From Phycisphaeraceae bacterium (GTDB lineage Bacteria > Planctomycetota > Phycisphaerae > Phycisphaerales > UBA1924): DNA of 64,000 nt. The translations under genes were made by a program, and so were the position numbers. Below, piece after piece: positions 1 to 10,087 of this stretch (position 1 is its first letter; every line of letters begins with the position of its first letter). The stretch covers positions 1-64,000 of the forward strand of contig JAHBXE010000020.1 in the NCBI GenBank assembly GCA_019636625.1, in the 5' to 3' direction. The notes under the pieces were generated by a model. It made no database searches, was not told the DNA's origin, and was given only the letters and a program-made list of their open reading frames with translations.

Positions 1-19
1 CTTGTGGGGGGGCCCTCAC

Positions 20-47
20 CCCCCCCCCCCCCCCCCCCCCCCCCACC
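20..47. repeat. poly-C homopolymer tract (~27 C)
   Basis: Read directly from the sequence as an uninterrupted run of C at the window start. Could be an assembly or sequencing artefact. Confidence 0.6.
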
Positions 48-440
48 CCGCCATCATCGCGACCGCCACAAACACATAGAACTGGCTGACAAGTTTCATG
101 GGCGAACTCCTTGTACGTGGCGGCGCTCGTTGCGGTGGACGTCCCGCACGCGAACATCGCCTGGCTCAGTGTACCATCACTTTTCAGAAAGGTTCCAAAG
201 GATCTTCCTTTGACTTGGTGTCCCTTATTTATGAGGGATCCAAGCCGCACCGCACATCCGAACGTACACCGATCAGGATCTGCACAACAAAGCCTCATGC
301 CGCGAACGTGGCGTCGATCGCCCGGGCCGGCCACGCAGGGAGGCCCCGACCCGCTCCAACAGCACCTCGAGTGCCCGCTGTCCGGGGCGGCACTTCAGCA
401 CGGAAACCCGCGAGATGGCGTTCATTCGGCCCTGCCTGAC

Positions 441-1853
441 TCACGCCCCGCCGCCGCCCTCCCCGTTCATCCGCTCCGCCCCCGGACCCAGCGTGATGCA
501 GTTCTTCCCCGCCTTCTTGCTTTGCAACGCCAGTTCATCCGCCCGCGCCAGCAACGATGCGGCATCTGCCCCGTCCCACGGGTACGTCGCCAGGCCCCCG
601 CTGATCGTCAGCGTCGCCGGCGCCTCGCGCCCCAACTTCGGGAACTTGTGATCCAGGATCGCCTTCTGGAACCGCTGCGCAATCGGGAAGATGTTCGTCG
701 GCGGGCGGCTCGTCTGCGTCCGCGGCCCCGTGGGCTCGTGGAAGATCACCGCGAACTCATCCCCGCCGATGCGGCAGACCTTGTCCGACGGGCGGATCAC
801 GCTCCGCAGCAGTTTCACCGTCTCCTTCAGGATCTCATCCCCCGCCCCGTGCCCGTACTGGTCGTTGAACGACTTGAAGTTGTCAATGTCAAACACCAGC
901 ACCGTCAGCGGCAGCCGCTGCTTCCTCGCCTGCTCGATCGCCACGCTCAGGAACTGGTCGAAGTACCGCCGGTTGTGCGCGCCCGAGAGCGGGTCCATGA
1001 ACGCCGCTTCCCGCAACTGCGCGTGCTGATCACGCAGCGCCAGCCACGACGCCAGCCACGCCGCCTGCGGGGCGAGCATCTCCGCCGGCACGTCCGGGCT
1101 CCGCAGCACGCCCATCGCCCGCCCACGCCACCCCACGCTCGCCTGGTGCACCGGCTGGTCCGACGGGGGCGACACGCCCTCCAGTTCCGCCGGCACGAAC
1201 CGCACGTTCCGTCCCGGGAACCGCCGGCGGATCAACTCCACCGCGCTCTCCGTGATGTCCCGCCCTTGCATCAGGAGCCGCACCAGCGACTCATCCCCGA
1301 TATCCGTCCACCCCGCGCTCTTGCGCCCAAGCCCGGGCAGCGATTCCGCCGGCGTCGCGTGCACCCGCACCTCCGGCTGGTCCGCCGCCCGTGCCGCGCC
1401 CACGCCACGGACCTCCGCCCGCAGCGCATCCGCCGGCGAGTCCGCCCGCACCACCCCGTCGTACCCCGCCCGCGCCGGCGCTTCCCCATCGCTCGTTTCC
1501 AGCCGCAGCACCCGTACCTGTGGATCGATGTGCCGCAGCGCCGCCAGGAACTCCCCCGTCCGCGCGTGGTCCTCGTGCACCGATCCATCCGCCGCCCGCC
1601 GAATGGCCGGGTCCGCGTCCGGCGCGATGATCACCACGCACCGCCCCGGCCTGCCCCCGCCCATCGTCGGGTCCGCCAGCTCCCCGACCGCCTCCAGCGG
1701 CGTCCGCACCCGCACCAGCTCCACGTCCGGATCCAGCCGCAGCCGCCCATCCAATCCCGTCCGACCCACCAGCACCACGCGCACCGTCTCCGCCCCCTTC
1801 GCGCCCGGGGTCTCTTCGCTCCGGCCCTCGTGTGCCGCGGCGGATCCCATCAC
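441..1853 (-). CDS. GGDEF-domain diguanylate cyclase with N-terminal receiver-like region
   Basis: The translation contains RIGGDEFAVIF (GGDEF active-site motif), NRRYFDQ and a GAGDEILK-like region typical of diguanylate cyclases. The ORF is 470 aa. Confidence 0.7.
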   Translation of the reverse strand: MMGSAAAHEGRSEETPGAKGAETVRVVLVGRTGLDGRLRLDPDVELVRVRTPLEAVGELADPTMGGGRPGRCVVIIAPDADPAIRRAADGSVHEDHARTGEFLAALRHIDPQVRVLRLETSDGEAPARAGYDGVVRADSPADALRAEVRGVGAARAADQPEVRVHATPAESLPGLGRKSAGWTDIGDESLVRLLMQGRDITESAVELIRRRFPGRNVRFVPAELEGVSPPSDQPVHQASVGWRGRAMGVLRSPDVPAEMLAPQAAWLASWLALRDQHAQLREAAFMDPLSGAHNRRYFDQFLSVAIEQARKQRLPLTVLVFDIDNFKSFNDQYGHGAGDEILKETVKLLRSVIRPSDKVCRIGGDEFAVIFHEPTGPRTQTSRPPTNIFPIAQRFQKAILDHKFPKLGREAPATLTISGGLATYPWDGADAASLLARADELALQSKKAGKNCITLGPGAERMNGEGGGGA

Positions 1854-2555
1854 TCAGCGTTCCTCGCGCCCGTCTTCATTGTGTTCGCCCAGCAGCATCC
1901 GCAGTTCCTCATCCGAGATCAGCGGCGCGCTCTTGCTCGCCGCAGGGGCCACGCCTTCGCCCGCTAACCTCTCACCATCGGCCACTTTCCCATGGTTATC
2001 GAGCGCTTCCGCGCCAGTCCCCAACGAGTCCGGCACAGGCCCTTCCCCTGCCAGCCGCAGCTGCGGACCCACCACCGGCCGGGACGCAACAGTCCGAGAA
2101 CTCCGCGCGGAAATCGCCGATTCCACCGCCGACGGAACGACCGTCACAGGCGACCGACCCGACCACCGGGCCACATCCTCTTCAACGACCGGCCGCAGCG
2201 TCGGGTTCGAGGCCGGCCCGTACTGCCACCGCGGAACGCCCGGTGCATACGTGTCCGCCACGCGGCACAACTCCGCCGCATCCGCCAGCATCTCCGGGTA
2301 GACCATCACCAGCCGCGCCGACGTCACGCCCTTCTCGCCCGAGGCCGACCGTTCCTGCCCACGCACGCGGCACAGCTCCGCCAACGCCATGAACGGATCG
2401 CACACGACCCGCACCCGCACGCTCCCCGGCGACGCCTTCGCCCCCGAGAGCGCAGCGAGCAACGCCGCGGGAACATCCGTTCCCGACGCGTGCCACAAGG
2501 TCACCATGCACGGTGCCGACTCCACGGCGCGGTGTGATTCCTCCATGCTCCGCAA
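1854..2555 (-). CDS. hypothetical protein, possibly co-transcribed with the GGDEF gene
   Basis: Its stop directly abuts the GGDEF start. No recognisable motif. High-GC background makes this uncertain. Confidence 0.25.
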   Translation of the reverse strand: MRSMEESHRAVESAPCMVTLWHASGTDVPAALLAALSGAKASPGSVRVRVVCDPFMALAELCRVRGQERSASGEKGVTSARLVMVYPEMLADAAELCRVADTYAPGVPRWQYGPASNPTLRPVVEEDVARWSGRSPVTVVPSAVESAISARSSRTVASRPVVGPQLRLAGEGPVPDSLGTGAEALDNHGKVADGERLAGEGVAPAASKSAPLISDEELRMLLGEHNEDGREER

Positions 2556-2570
2556 CTGTACGCGCCGCGG

Positions 2571-2900
2571 CTAGTCGTGCCGGAAACGGTACTTCCGCCA
2601 CGCCGCGACCGTCGCCAGACCGACCAGGCCCGTCAACGCCGCCCACGCCCCCGGCGGCAACGGAACCAGCACCGGTTCCGCCGCGGGAGGTGACGACTCC
2701 ACGACCGTCATCGTCGCCGGCGAAAGCTCGTACATCGGACGATGCGCCAAGCCCAGCGGGTCCTCACCCTTGCCCGCCTGCGGCGCCGCCGCACCCACAA
2801 CGTGAGGATGCTTGTCCGCCGCGGCATGGCCGCACGCCAGCGCCACCACGGCGCCCACGATCAACGCGTTGAAGGTCCGAGTTCTCTGCAGGCCCCACAT
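2571..2900 (-). CDS. small secreted protein with PEP-CTERM-like C-terminus
   Basis: N-terminal signal peptide MWGLQRTRTFNALIVGAVVALACGHAAA. C-terminus is VPLPPGAWAALTGLVGLATVAAWRKYRFRHD, i.e. a Pro-rich motif, a hydrophobic helix and a basic cluster at the extreme C-terminus. Confidence 0.45.
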   Translation of the reverse strand: MWGLQRTRTFNALIVGAVVALACGHAAADKHPHVVGAAAPQAGKGEDPLGLAHRPMYELSPATMTVVESSPPAAEPVLVPLPPGAWAALTGLVGLATVAAWRKYRFRHD

Positions 2901-3374
2901 GTCCCGCCTCCAGCCCCGCCCAAATCAGCAGGCCACTCCCGGCGGCGCAGCGGCCGCCCGAGAAAGGCTCAGCTTCCTGCCGAAGATGCGACCCAGTTCC
3001 CCACGGGCCGCAGCTCCGTCGTCTCCCCGGCGCATGCCTTGCGCCGTCCGCGGCCAGACAGCCGCTTCGTGTAGGAGATAAGACTAACCAGTGCGGAATC
3101 TGCGCGTCAATGAAAATCTGAAAACTAGTTTCGCGCCGAATCGGCACAAGCTCGTGTGGCCCAACGACTTCGATCAGCAGTTTCTGCGCTTGTTCTCAGA
3201 ACAGCCGCCACGGGAGGATCGGATTGTCAAGATAGGTAGGGCAGCCTTCAGGGCTCTTCTGCATGCGCCCTGACCTCGCTCGCCTCGCGGGCCGCGTCTG
3301 TCAACGAGGACTTGCGAGCTTTCCGTGTTTTCCGGTCCAATGGGACACGTTCACACCAAGATCAACGCTTTTAG

Positions 3375-3416
3375 AAGCATTCTAATGAATTGTCTGAGTT
3401 GAGATTGAGTCTCAAC
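3375..3416 (+). promoter_or_regulatory. candidate operator palindromes upstream of feoA (possible Fur-type box)
   Basis: AT-richer intergenic region ~40 bp upstream of the feoA start. It contains the imperfect palindromes ATTCtaatGAAT and GTTGAGAttgagTCTCAAC. Confidence 0.25.
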
Positions 3417-3456
3417 AGAGTATCATCCTCCATATCCGCCTCGGAGCGTTCTTCCC

Positions 3457-3714
3457 ATGCCCGCGAACCCTGTTCCGCTCAACCAGCTCAAGCCCGGCGA
3501 GTCCGGGATCGTCCGCGGGGCGCCGGACTCGGGGCAGGATGCGGCGGTCCTGGCGGCGATGGGCCTGTGCTGCAACGCGAAGGTCCGCCTCTGCCGCGCC
3601 GGCGAGCCGTGCATCGTCGCGGTGGTGGCGGGGAGCGGGGCCTCGTGCCGGATCGGCCTGGCCCGGCCGCTGGCAGACCGCATACTTGTGGAACGTCTTG
3701 ACCGGGGCGAGTGA
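3457..3714 (+). CDS. feoA: ferrous iron transport protein A (FeoA)
   Basis: 85-aa SH3-like protein whose stop overlaps the start of feoB. Its size and position match FeoA. Confidence 0.8.
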   Translation: MPANPVPLNQLKPGESGIVRGAPDSGQDAAVLAAMGLCCNAKVRLCRAGEPCIVAVVAGSGASCRIGLARPLADRILVERLDRGE

Positions 3715-5696
3715 TGACGGGCACCATGGCCGAGCCGCGCCGGGAAGCCGCCGCCGCCTTCGGGCGCATCGCCCTGCTGGGCAACCCCAACACGGGCAAG
3801 ACCACCCTCTTCAACCGCCTCACCGGTCTGCGCCACAAGACTTCGAACTTTCCCGGCACCACGCTCGAAGCCCGCATCGGACGCTTCGAGATCGCCGACG
3901 AGGACCACGAACACCCCGTCACGCTCATCGACCTTCCGGGGATCTACTCCCTCGAACTCGACCAACTGGAGGCCGAGGTCTGCCGCTCCGTGCTCGAGGG
4001 CCGCGCCGCGCCCCAGGGGGAGGAGATCGGCGCCCCGACCAGCGTCTGCATCGTCGTTGACGCCTCCAACCTCGCCCGCAACCTCATGCTGGTCGGCGAG
4101 GCCCTCCGCCGCCGCCTTCCCACCGTCGTCGCCCTGAACATGGTCGATCTCGCCGAGAAGCGCGGCATCCGCACCGATGCCGAGGCCCTCGAGCGTGCCC
4201 TCGGCTGCACCGTCGTCCCCATCAGCGCCCGCGACGGCGTCGGCCTTGCCGACCTCCTCCGCGCCATGGGTCACGCCCGCATCCCCAACCACACCCCCCC
4301 GGGCACACGCGACGGCCTCCGCGACTGGGCCGGTGACATTGAGAACAAGTGCTCGCGCGGCCGGTCCGACCCGGACGCCGAGACCCTTACCGACCGCATC
4401 GACCGCATCGTGACGCACCCCGTCCTCGGCCTGCTCGTCTTCGCCCTTATCATGGCCGCCCTGTTCTGGGGGCTTTTCAGCCTCGCCCAACTCCCGATGG
4501 GCCTGCTCGAAGGCGCGTTCGCCGCGCTGGCCGACGCGGCCAAGGGCGTGCTGCCCGATGGCTTCTTCACGCGCCTCCTGGCCGACGGCGTGATCCAGGG
4601 CGTCGGCGCCACCGTCGTCTTCCTGCCACAGATCTGCCTCCTCTTCTTCCTCATCTCGATCCTCGAGGACACCGGCTACCTCGCCCGGGCCGCGTTCGTC
4701 ATGGACCGCGCCCTCCGGCCCTTTGGCCTCCCCGGGCACGCCTTCATGCCCCTGCTCTCGTCTCACGCCTGCGCCCTGCCGGGCATCATGGCCACCCGCG
4801 CCATCCCCGATCGGCGCGAACGCCTCGCGACCATCCTCGTCGCCCCCTTCATGACCTGCTCCGCCCGCCTGCCCGTCTACGTCCTCGTCACCACCGTTCT
4901 CTTCCGCGATGAGCCCCTCAAGGCCTCCCTCGCCTTCATCGGCTGCTACGCCGTGGGCATCGCCGCGGGCATCGGCAGCGCCCTGCTCGCCCGCCGGACC
5001 ATCCTCCGCGGCCCCTCGCGCCCCATGGCCCTCGAACTGCCCACCTACAAGCGCCCCAGTTTCCGCACCGCCCTGATCTCGACCTACGACCGCGCCGTGA
5101 TGTTCCTCAAGCAGGCCGGCACCAACATCCTGGCCATCTGCATCATCCTCTGGTGGCTCAGCGCCTACCCCATCGCGCGGCCGGACCCCCGGGCCGAGTC
5201 GCTCCGCGAGCAGGCCGCCGCCCTGGTCGGCACGCAGCCGGAGAAGGCCTCTGAACTCGAAGCCGAGGCCGACCGGGTCCAGGCCCGGTTCCAGGGCTCG
5301 CAGAGTTTCGCCGCCCGGCTCGGCCGGTTGATCCAGCCCGTCTTCTCGCCCCTCGGGTACGACTGGCAACTGACCGTGGGCATCGTGACGAGTTTCGCCG
5401 CGCGCGAGGTGTTCGTCTCCACCATGGCCGTCGTCGTCTCCGGCCAGGACGACCCCGAGGCCGAGGGCGTGCTCCGGACCGTCAGCGCCGCCCAGCGCGA
5501 CGACGGCTCCCCCATCTTTACGCGTGCCGTCTGCTGGTCCCTGCTCGTCTACTACGTGCTGGCCATGCAATGCCTGCCCACCCTCGCCGTCACCGCGCGC
5601 GAGGCCGGGGGCATCAAGTGGGCCCTCCTGCAACTGGCGTGGATGTCCGGCCTGGCCTACACCGCCGCCCTCCTCGTCTTCCAGGTGCTGCGATGA
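3711..5696 (+). CDS. feoB: ferrous iron transport protein B (FeoB)
   Basis: N-terminal G-domain with LLGNPNTGKTTLFNRLTG (G1), FPGTT (G2) and DLPG (G3). Followed by a long polytopic membrane domain. 661 aa. Confidence 0.9.
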   Translation: MMTGTMAEPRREAAAAFGRIALLGNPNTGKTTLFNRLTGLRHKTSNFPGTTLEARIGRFEIADEDHEHPVTLIDLPGIYSLELDQLEAEVCRSVLEGRAAPQGEEIGAPTSVCIVVDASNLARNLMLVGEALRRRLPTVVALNMVDLAEKRGIRTDAEALERALGCTVVPISARDGVGLADLLRAMGHARIPNHTPPGTRDGLRDWAGDIENKCSRGRSDPDAETLTDRIDRIVTHPVLGLLVFALIMAALFWGLFSLAQLPMGLLEGAFAALADAAKGVLPDGFFTRLLADGVIQGVGATVVFLPQICLLFFLISILEDTGYLARAAFVMDRALRPFGLPGHAFMPLLSSHACALPGIMATRAIPDRRERLATILVAPFMTCSARLPVYVLVTTVLFRDEPLKASLAFIGCYAVGIAAGIGSALLARRTILRGPSRPMALELPTYKRPSFRTALISTYDRAVMFLKQAGTNILAICIILWWLSAYPIARPDPRAESLREQAAALVGTQPEKASELEAEADRVQARFQGSQSFAARLGRLIQPVFSPLGYDWQLTVGIVTSFAAREVFVSTMAVVVSGQDDPEAEGVLRTVSAAQRDDGSPIFTRAVCWSLLVYYVLAMQCLPTLAVTAREAGGIKWALLQLAWMSGLAYTAALLVFQVLR

Positions 5697-5866
5697 GCCT
5701 CCCCCTCGCCGACTGGCAGTTCTGGGCCACCTGCCTCGCCGGCCTCCTCGCCCTCGCCTGGCTGCTCCGCGGCGTGCTCCCCATCCCCATCCTCAGCCGC
5801 CGCCACCGCCGGCGCAAACGCCTCAAGCGCGTCACCCTGACCGTCGAGGGGCGGGTCGCCAAGTGA
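5693..5866 (+). CDS. small membrane protein downstream of feoB
   Basis: MSLPLADWQFWATCLAGLLALAWLLRGV... has one TM helix followed by a basic tail. Its start overlaps the feoB stop (ATGA). Confidence 0.35.
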   Translation: MSLPLADWQFWATCLAGLLALAWLLRGVLPIPILSRRHRRRKRLKRVTLTVEGRVAK

Positions 5867-6194
5867 GCGAGTCTCGCCGGGTTGGGTGGATCCCAGATCA
5901 TCCGAGTCGAATGGTCAGGGCCGAACACCCCCGCGTCCGGGGGATCGCGACCACATGAGAGACCCCCAGAGAGCCCGGGAAGCCGCGTAGGTGGGTGATG
6001 TGGTTGTAGGAGTGGGGGGCTGTTCACCGGGACGCAGACCGCGAAAAGTTGGCGTCAGCGCACAAATTCTTGGCCGTTCTTCACTTTTTGTGTCACACTT
6101 GGTGCAACTGCTTCGACTTCTCTTGGTACAGACCTGAGGCGCACGGTGCGCTTCGAGTCTGCAGCACTCTGAGAGCGGGGGGAAGGAGTCGATC

Positions 6195-7838
6195 ATGAGA
6201 AGCAGACCGAGGATTGGGCTCGCTGTTGGGTTCGCGATATGTTGGGGGGGGGCTGATGAAGTGTTTGCCCAGGGCAAACTCTGGGACAAGAGATATCCGG
6301 ACACGAATCCGGTGATGGGCGCGCCGGATCGCCCGGCGGGGGTCTTTGGCCGGCGCAACGCGGCGTTGAGCACGGGCAGCCGGTTCACTTCAGCGACCAA
6401 CAGCGCCTTCTACTTTGTCCGGCAGAGCGTCGGCGGCCCGACGGGCGCGGCAGGCGGCCAGATCGTGGATACGTTCCAGTGGCCGATCACGGGCAGCCGG
6501 AGGGTCCGCACGGCGATCTGCTCAACGTTCCTTCCCTCAACCGTCAACCAGTACGCTGCGATCGGCGTCGTGGCGGGCACGACGGCCAACGACTTGGGCT
6601 TCCTGAGGCCGGCAATGGTCGCGGTGCAGATCGACACCTTCCCATCGACGGGCACCTTCACGCTGCTCGGTTCCGCGCAGGAGGCCCTGACGCTGAACGA
6701 AGACCGGTTGCCGGTGGCGGTGGAAACCGACGGAGAGTTCATCGCGATCGCCGCGACGGGCAACGGGCACTCGACGGACGTCGGGGCGTACCTGATGGTG
6801 TACGACATGTCGGGCGCGAAGATCGTGGAATCCAAGTTTGATACCGCCGGGGACGATGTGCCCGTGGCGGTCGGGTTCGTGACGACGTCAGCGGGTCAGC
6901 GGGCGGCGTACTTGGTGCTGACGACACCGTCGATCGTGACCCCCGGGGCCACGCAGATGGCGGTGCACGGCTGGGTGGTGTCGGAGTCGGGCCCGTGGCT
7001 TCGGGGCACGGAACTGGGAACGCTGTACGTGCCTCAGAATCCCGGCGACAGCGATGAGGCCCGCGATGCGGCGACGGCGTCCGCGACCAGTGTTGCGGTC
7101 GGTTTGGTCGCGGGGACGGGCACACGGTCCAAGGGGGGCAGCGAGACGGCGAAGGACTACGTGACGTTCTTGGCGATGCCGACAGCGGTTACCGGACAGC
7201 CCGATGCATTTTCGGTCCAATGGGTGGACCTGTGGGACATGCACCAGCAGACCCCGCCGCAGGTTGAGGACACGGACGATGCAAAGGCCATCCTCGTGTA
7301 CGATGCCTCGGGGAGCGGTCAGTCGGACACGCTGGGGAGCATCCGGGTCGCAGTGACGGGCACGACGTCCCCGGTAGGCGGCGTCAAGACTGTGGGGACG
7401 ATTGTGTACACGGGGTTCGGGGAGCGGAAGTGGTTCGGGCACTGGAACGATGCACATCCGACTTACACTGGCGACCGCGTGCCGATGTCCATGGCGTGGG
7501 GTAGATTGGGACCGTCCTCGGTGCCGTTGCTGTTCATCTCGGCTTATGCCGAGAAAGCGGGAGGAAACAGGGACTACGCATGTATGGGCTATTACACGTC
7601 GCTCTTCCTTCCCGAGTTCGGACGAGTACCGGAGTTTTGGAACGATCTAGGTGAGTTCTACTCTGCTGCGTGGGGGACGGTTGATGGCCGTGATGAGGCC
7701 CGGTTCATTTGGACGGGCAACATCGAAGCAGCGGCACCGAACCACGTGAAGGGCACGATTTTCGTGAATGGCGTGTCGGAGCACGCCGTGTCCGGTGACG
7801 ACTGGGTAGTCATGCGGATTGAATCTGGCGAGCCGTAA
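6195..7838 (+). CDS. secreted hypothetical protein
   Basis: Signal peptide MRSRPRIGLAVGFAICWGGADEVFAQ. 547 aa with no recognised domain. A G9 tract lies inside the signal-peptide coding region. Confidence 0.55.
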   Translation: MRSRPRIGLAVGFAICWGGADEVFAQGKLWDKRYPDTNPVMGAPDRPAGVFGRRNAALSTGSRFTSATNSAFYFVRQSVGGPTGAAGGQIVDTFQWPITGSRRVRTAICSTFLPSTVNQYAAIGVVAGTTANDLGFLRPAMVAVQIDTFPSTGTFTLLGSAQEALTLNEDRLPVAVETDGEFIAIAATGNGHSTDVGAYLMVYDMSGAKIVESKFDTAGDDVPVAVGFVTTSAGQRAAYLVLTTPSIVTPGATQMAVHGWVVSESGPWLRGTELGTLYVPQNPGDSDEARDAATASATSVAVGLVAGTGTRSKGGSETAKDYVTFLAMPTAVTGQPDAFSVQWVDLWDMHQQTPPQVEDTDDAKAILVYDASGSGQSDTLGSIRVAVTGTTSPVGGVKTVGTIVYTGFGERKWFGHWNDAHPTYTGDRVPMSMAWGRLGPSSVPLLFISAYAEKAGGNRDYACMGYYTSLFLPEFGRVPEFWNDLGEFYSAAWGTVDGRDEARFIWTGNIEAAAPNHVKGTIFVNGVSEHAVSGDDWVVMRIESGEP

Positions 7839-7925
7839 GCGCCGAGGGGCATTCTTCGGGCGCACGCCGGCAGCCGCCGGCGTGCGCCGTCGGGCCGAGT
7901 ACATTGCCGGCAAACAGGTGTTTGT

Positions 7926-9290
7926 ATGAGAAGTCAACTGAATCGGTTCGGGCGGCGGGGGGTGGCGATTACGACTGTGTTCGGCCTGGCGGGGGCGATC
8001 GCGGCCCAGGACTGCCAGCCGTACTGGACTACGTTGCCGTTACTCTCTTTGCCGGGGTCGCCGCAGGTCACATACGTACCCCTCACAACAGCGGATGGGC
8101 CACAGCTCTTTGGCTACTCCTATCAATCAGCCCGAGATGAGTTGTATCGCTGGGCTCACTCTTCGTGGGTTCAGATGACACGCAAGGGCATTCCGGACAC
8201 GAGCGGCCTTTTATATCTTCAGGCTCTCAATGATGGGGCTGGGGTTCACCTCTACGTGCAGACGGGTACCCGTGGACCGCAGGCCACTCGGTACGCGACG
8301 AGACGGGCATACAAACTGGTTGGCGACCATTGGCACCCCATGCCCTTCAACTTCTGGTCAGGCCAGTTCCAGGCGCCGTTTCTGTCGGCGGACCTCGGCG
8401 ATGGCATGGCGATCTATGGGATCGACTTCTATGGGCGACCGGCCAAGTGGCTCGGGCACGAATGGGAAGCGCTCGGGCCACCCTCGAGTGCGGGCGATCT
8501 GAGGCATATCGAGATCGAACACAACGGGAACGGTCCGGCGTTGTTCGTATTTGGGGGGCTATGGCAGTTCGGGGGGCAAACTGGTTATGGATTCGCGATG
8601 ATGGAGAATGGCCAGTGGTCCGTTCCGAACTCCGGGGTCGTGCATAACCCGTACCAGAACTTCCCTTCGACGTGCGCCGTGACGTTTGACGACGGCACGG
8701 GGCCGGCGATGTACTCGGTCCGGGGTTTCCATCCCGGCTCGACCAACTACCCGTGCCTGTACCGCTTCCGCAACAACCAGTGGTCCGTCGCCGGGTGGCC
8801 CACGGGGACCCCGACGTCGTTCACGGGTGGCCAGGTCCTGACCATCTTCGACGATGGGCGCGGCCCGGCCATCTACGTCGCGGGGAGTTTCAACGATGTC
8901 AACGGTGTGCCCGCCAAGCACATCGCCAGGTGGGACGGACGGACATGGGAGCCGCTTGGTCCGGGTTTACTCGCCGGCTTTGGGAGCACTGCCGTCCACA
9001 TGGGCACGATCAACGATGCCTCCGGCCATTCGCTGGTCATCGCCGGCAACGTGGTGTACGCGGGCGGCGGAAGCCAGGGCAAGTGGCTCCTCAAGTGGGT
9101 CGGCTGCCCCAACTGCTACGCGGACTGCGACCTTTCGGGCGGTTCGCCCCGCCTGACGGCCAACGACTTCCTGTGCTTCATCACCAAGTACGCGGCGAAG
9201 GACCCCTACGCGAACTGCAACCTGGACAACGCCATCAACGCCGCGGACTTCCAGTGCTTCCTGAACCGGTACGCGGCGGGGTGCTCATAG
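7926..9290 (+). CDS. secreted beta-propeller-like repeat protein with conserved C-terminal Cys double-repeat domain
   Basis: Signal peptide. Repeated (A/I)RWDGxxWxxLG motifs. C-terminus is CYADCDLSGGSPRLTANDFLCFITKYAAKDPYANCNLDNAINAADFQCFLNRYAAGCS. Paralog of the gene at 31585-32985. Confidence 0.7.
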   Translation: MRSQLNRFGRRGVAITTVFGLAGAIAAQDCQPYWTTLPLLSLPGSPQVTYVPLTTADGPQLFGYSYQSARDELYRWAHSSWVQMTRKGIPDTSGLLYLQALNDGAGVHLYVQTGTRGPQATRYATRRAYKLVGDHWHPMPFNFWSGQFQAPFLSADLGDGMAIYGIDFYGRPAKWLGHEWEALGPPSSAGDLRHIEIEHNGNGPALFVFGGLWQFGGQTGYGFAMMENGQWSVPNSGVVHNPYQNFPSTCAVTFDDGTGPAMYSVRGFHPGSTNYPCLYRFRNNQWSVAGWPTGTPTSFTGGQVLTIFDDGRGPAIYVAGSFNDVNGVPAKHIARWDGRTWEPLGPGLLAGFGSTAVHMGTINDASGHSLVIAGNVVYAGGGSQGKWLLKWVGCPNCYADCDLSGGSPRLTANDFLCFITKYAAKDPYANCNLDNAINAADFQCFLNRYAAGCS

Positions 9291-9339
9291 GGGGCGCAAT
9301 CGGCCTCCCGGCGCGCGGGGCGTGATCGTGCAAGCCGCC

Positions 9340-9867
9340 TCACGCCGCATCCCGCTCCTGCTTGGCCCACGTAAACGCCCCGCGCAGAAAGCCTTTCTTC
9401 GGCTTGGTGAACGACTGCACCGCCTCGTGCACGTTCTCCGCCAGGATCATCTTCTTGTCCAGTTTCGTCACCTTGAAGACCTTCCGGATCTCCGGCGAGA
9501 GCGCAAAGAGCGCGAGATGCCCCCCAAGTTCGACGCACTTGGCGTGCACCGCCACCAGCGCGTTGATCCCCGACGAGTTCAGCGCCGAGACCTCCGACAG
9601 CGACACCGCCAGTTTCCCGTGCGACCGCTCCGCCACCGCCATCAGCCGCCGCTGCACCATGTCCGCCTGGTGCTCGCGGATCCCGCTCATGGAAAGAAAG
9701 ATCAGCGCCACGTTCTCCATCCCGCTCACCGTGATCAGGCCGTCGTCCGCCGCGGGCGGCGTGGCGTCCGTCCTCGCCGGCGGTGGGCAGGGAGAGGGCG
9801 GTGGGGGGGATGAAGTCGAATCCTGATCCAGCGTTTCAGGACCAAAGAGGTCGTTGGGCCGTCCCAT
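9340..9867 (-). CDS. STAS-domain protein (anti-sigma-factor antagonist-like)
   Basis: LITVSGMENVALIFLSMSGIREHQADMVQRRLMAVAERSHGKLAVSLSEVSALNSSGINALVAVHAKCVELGGHLALFALSPEIRKVFKVTKLD matches the SpoIIAA/STAS fold pattern. The start is uncertain. Confidence 0.55.
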   Translation of the reverse strand: MGRPNDLFGPETLDQDSTSSPPPPSPCPPPARTDATPPAADDGLITVSGMENVALIFLSMSGIREHQADMVQRRLMAVAERSHGKLAVSLSEVSALNSSGINALVAVHAKCVELGGHLALFALSPEIRKVFKVTKLDKKMILAENVHEAVQSFTKPKKGFLRGAFTWAKQERDAA

Positions 9868-10087
9868 GCAAGCAGCCTCCCGCGGCCCCGAACACCCGGG
9901 GCGTAGGGGAATATGGCAACCGCCGAACGCCGCGGCCATGTTCCGGCCCGCGCCGACGCCGCCCCGCGCCCGGATGTGACGATTGCCCGCCCCCTCCCGT
10001 TATCGCCCCGCGATCCGCGCGACAATCCCGGGAACCTACCGGACCGTCCGCGAACAGCGCGCGACCCAAGGCGGATAGCATGCGCCC

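Noticed and set aside
111-1967. 618-aa plus-strand ORF (Arg/Pro-rich)
   Set aside because: It is antisense to the well-supported GGDEF gene (441-1853, minus) and has low-complexity composition typical of high-GC antisense frames.
3423-5633. 736-aa minus-strand ORF (Gly/Asp/Glu-rich)
   Set aside because: It is antisense to feoB, which has canonical G-domain motifs.
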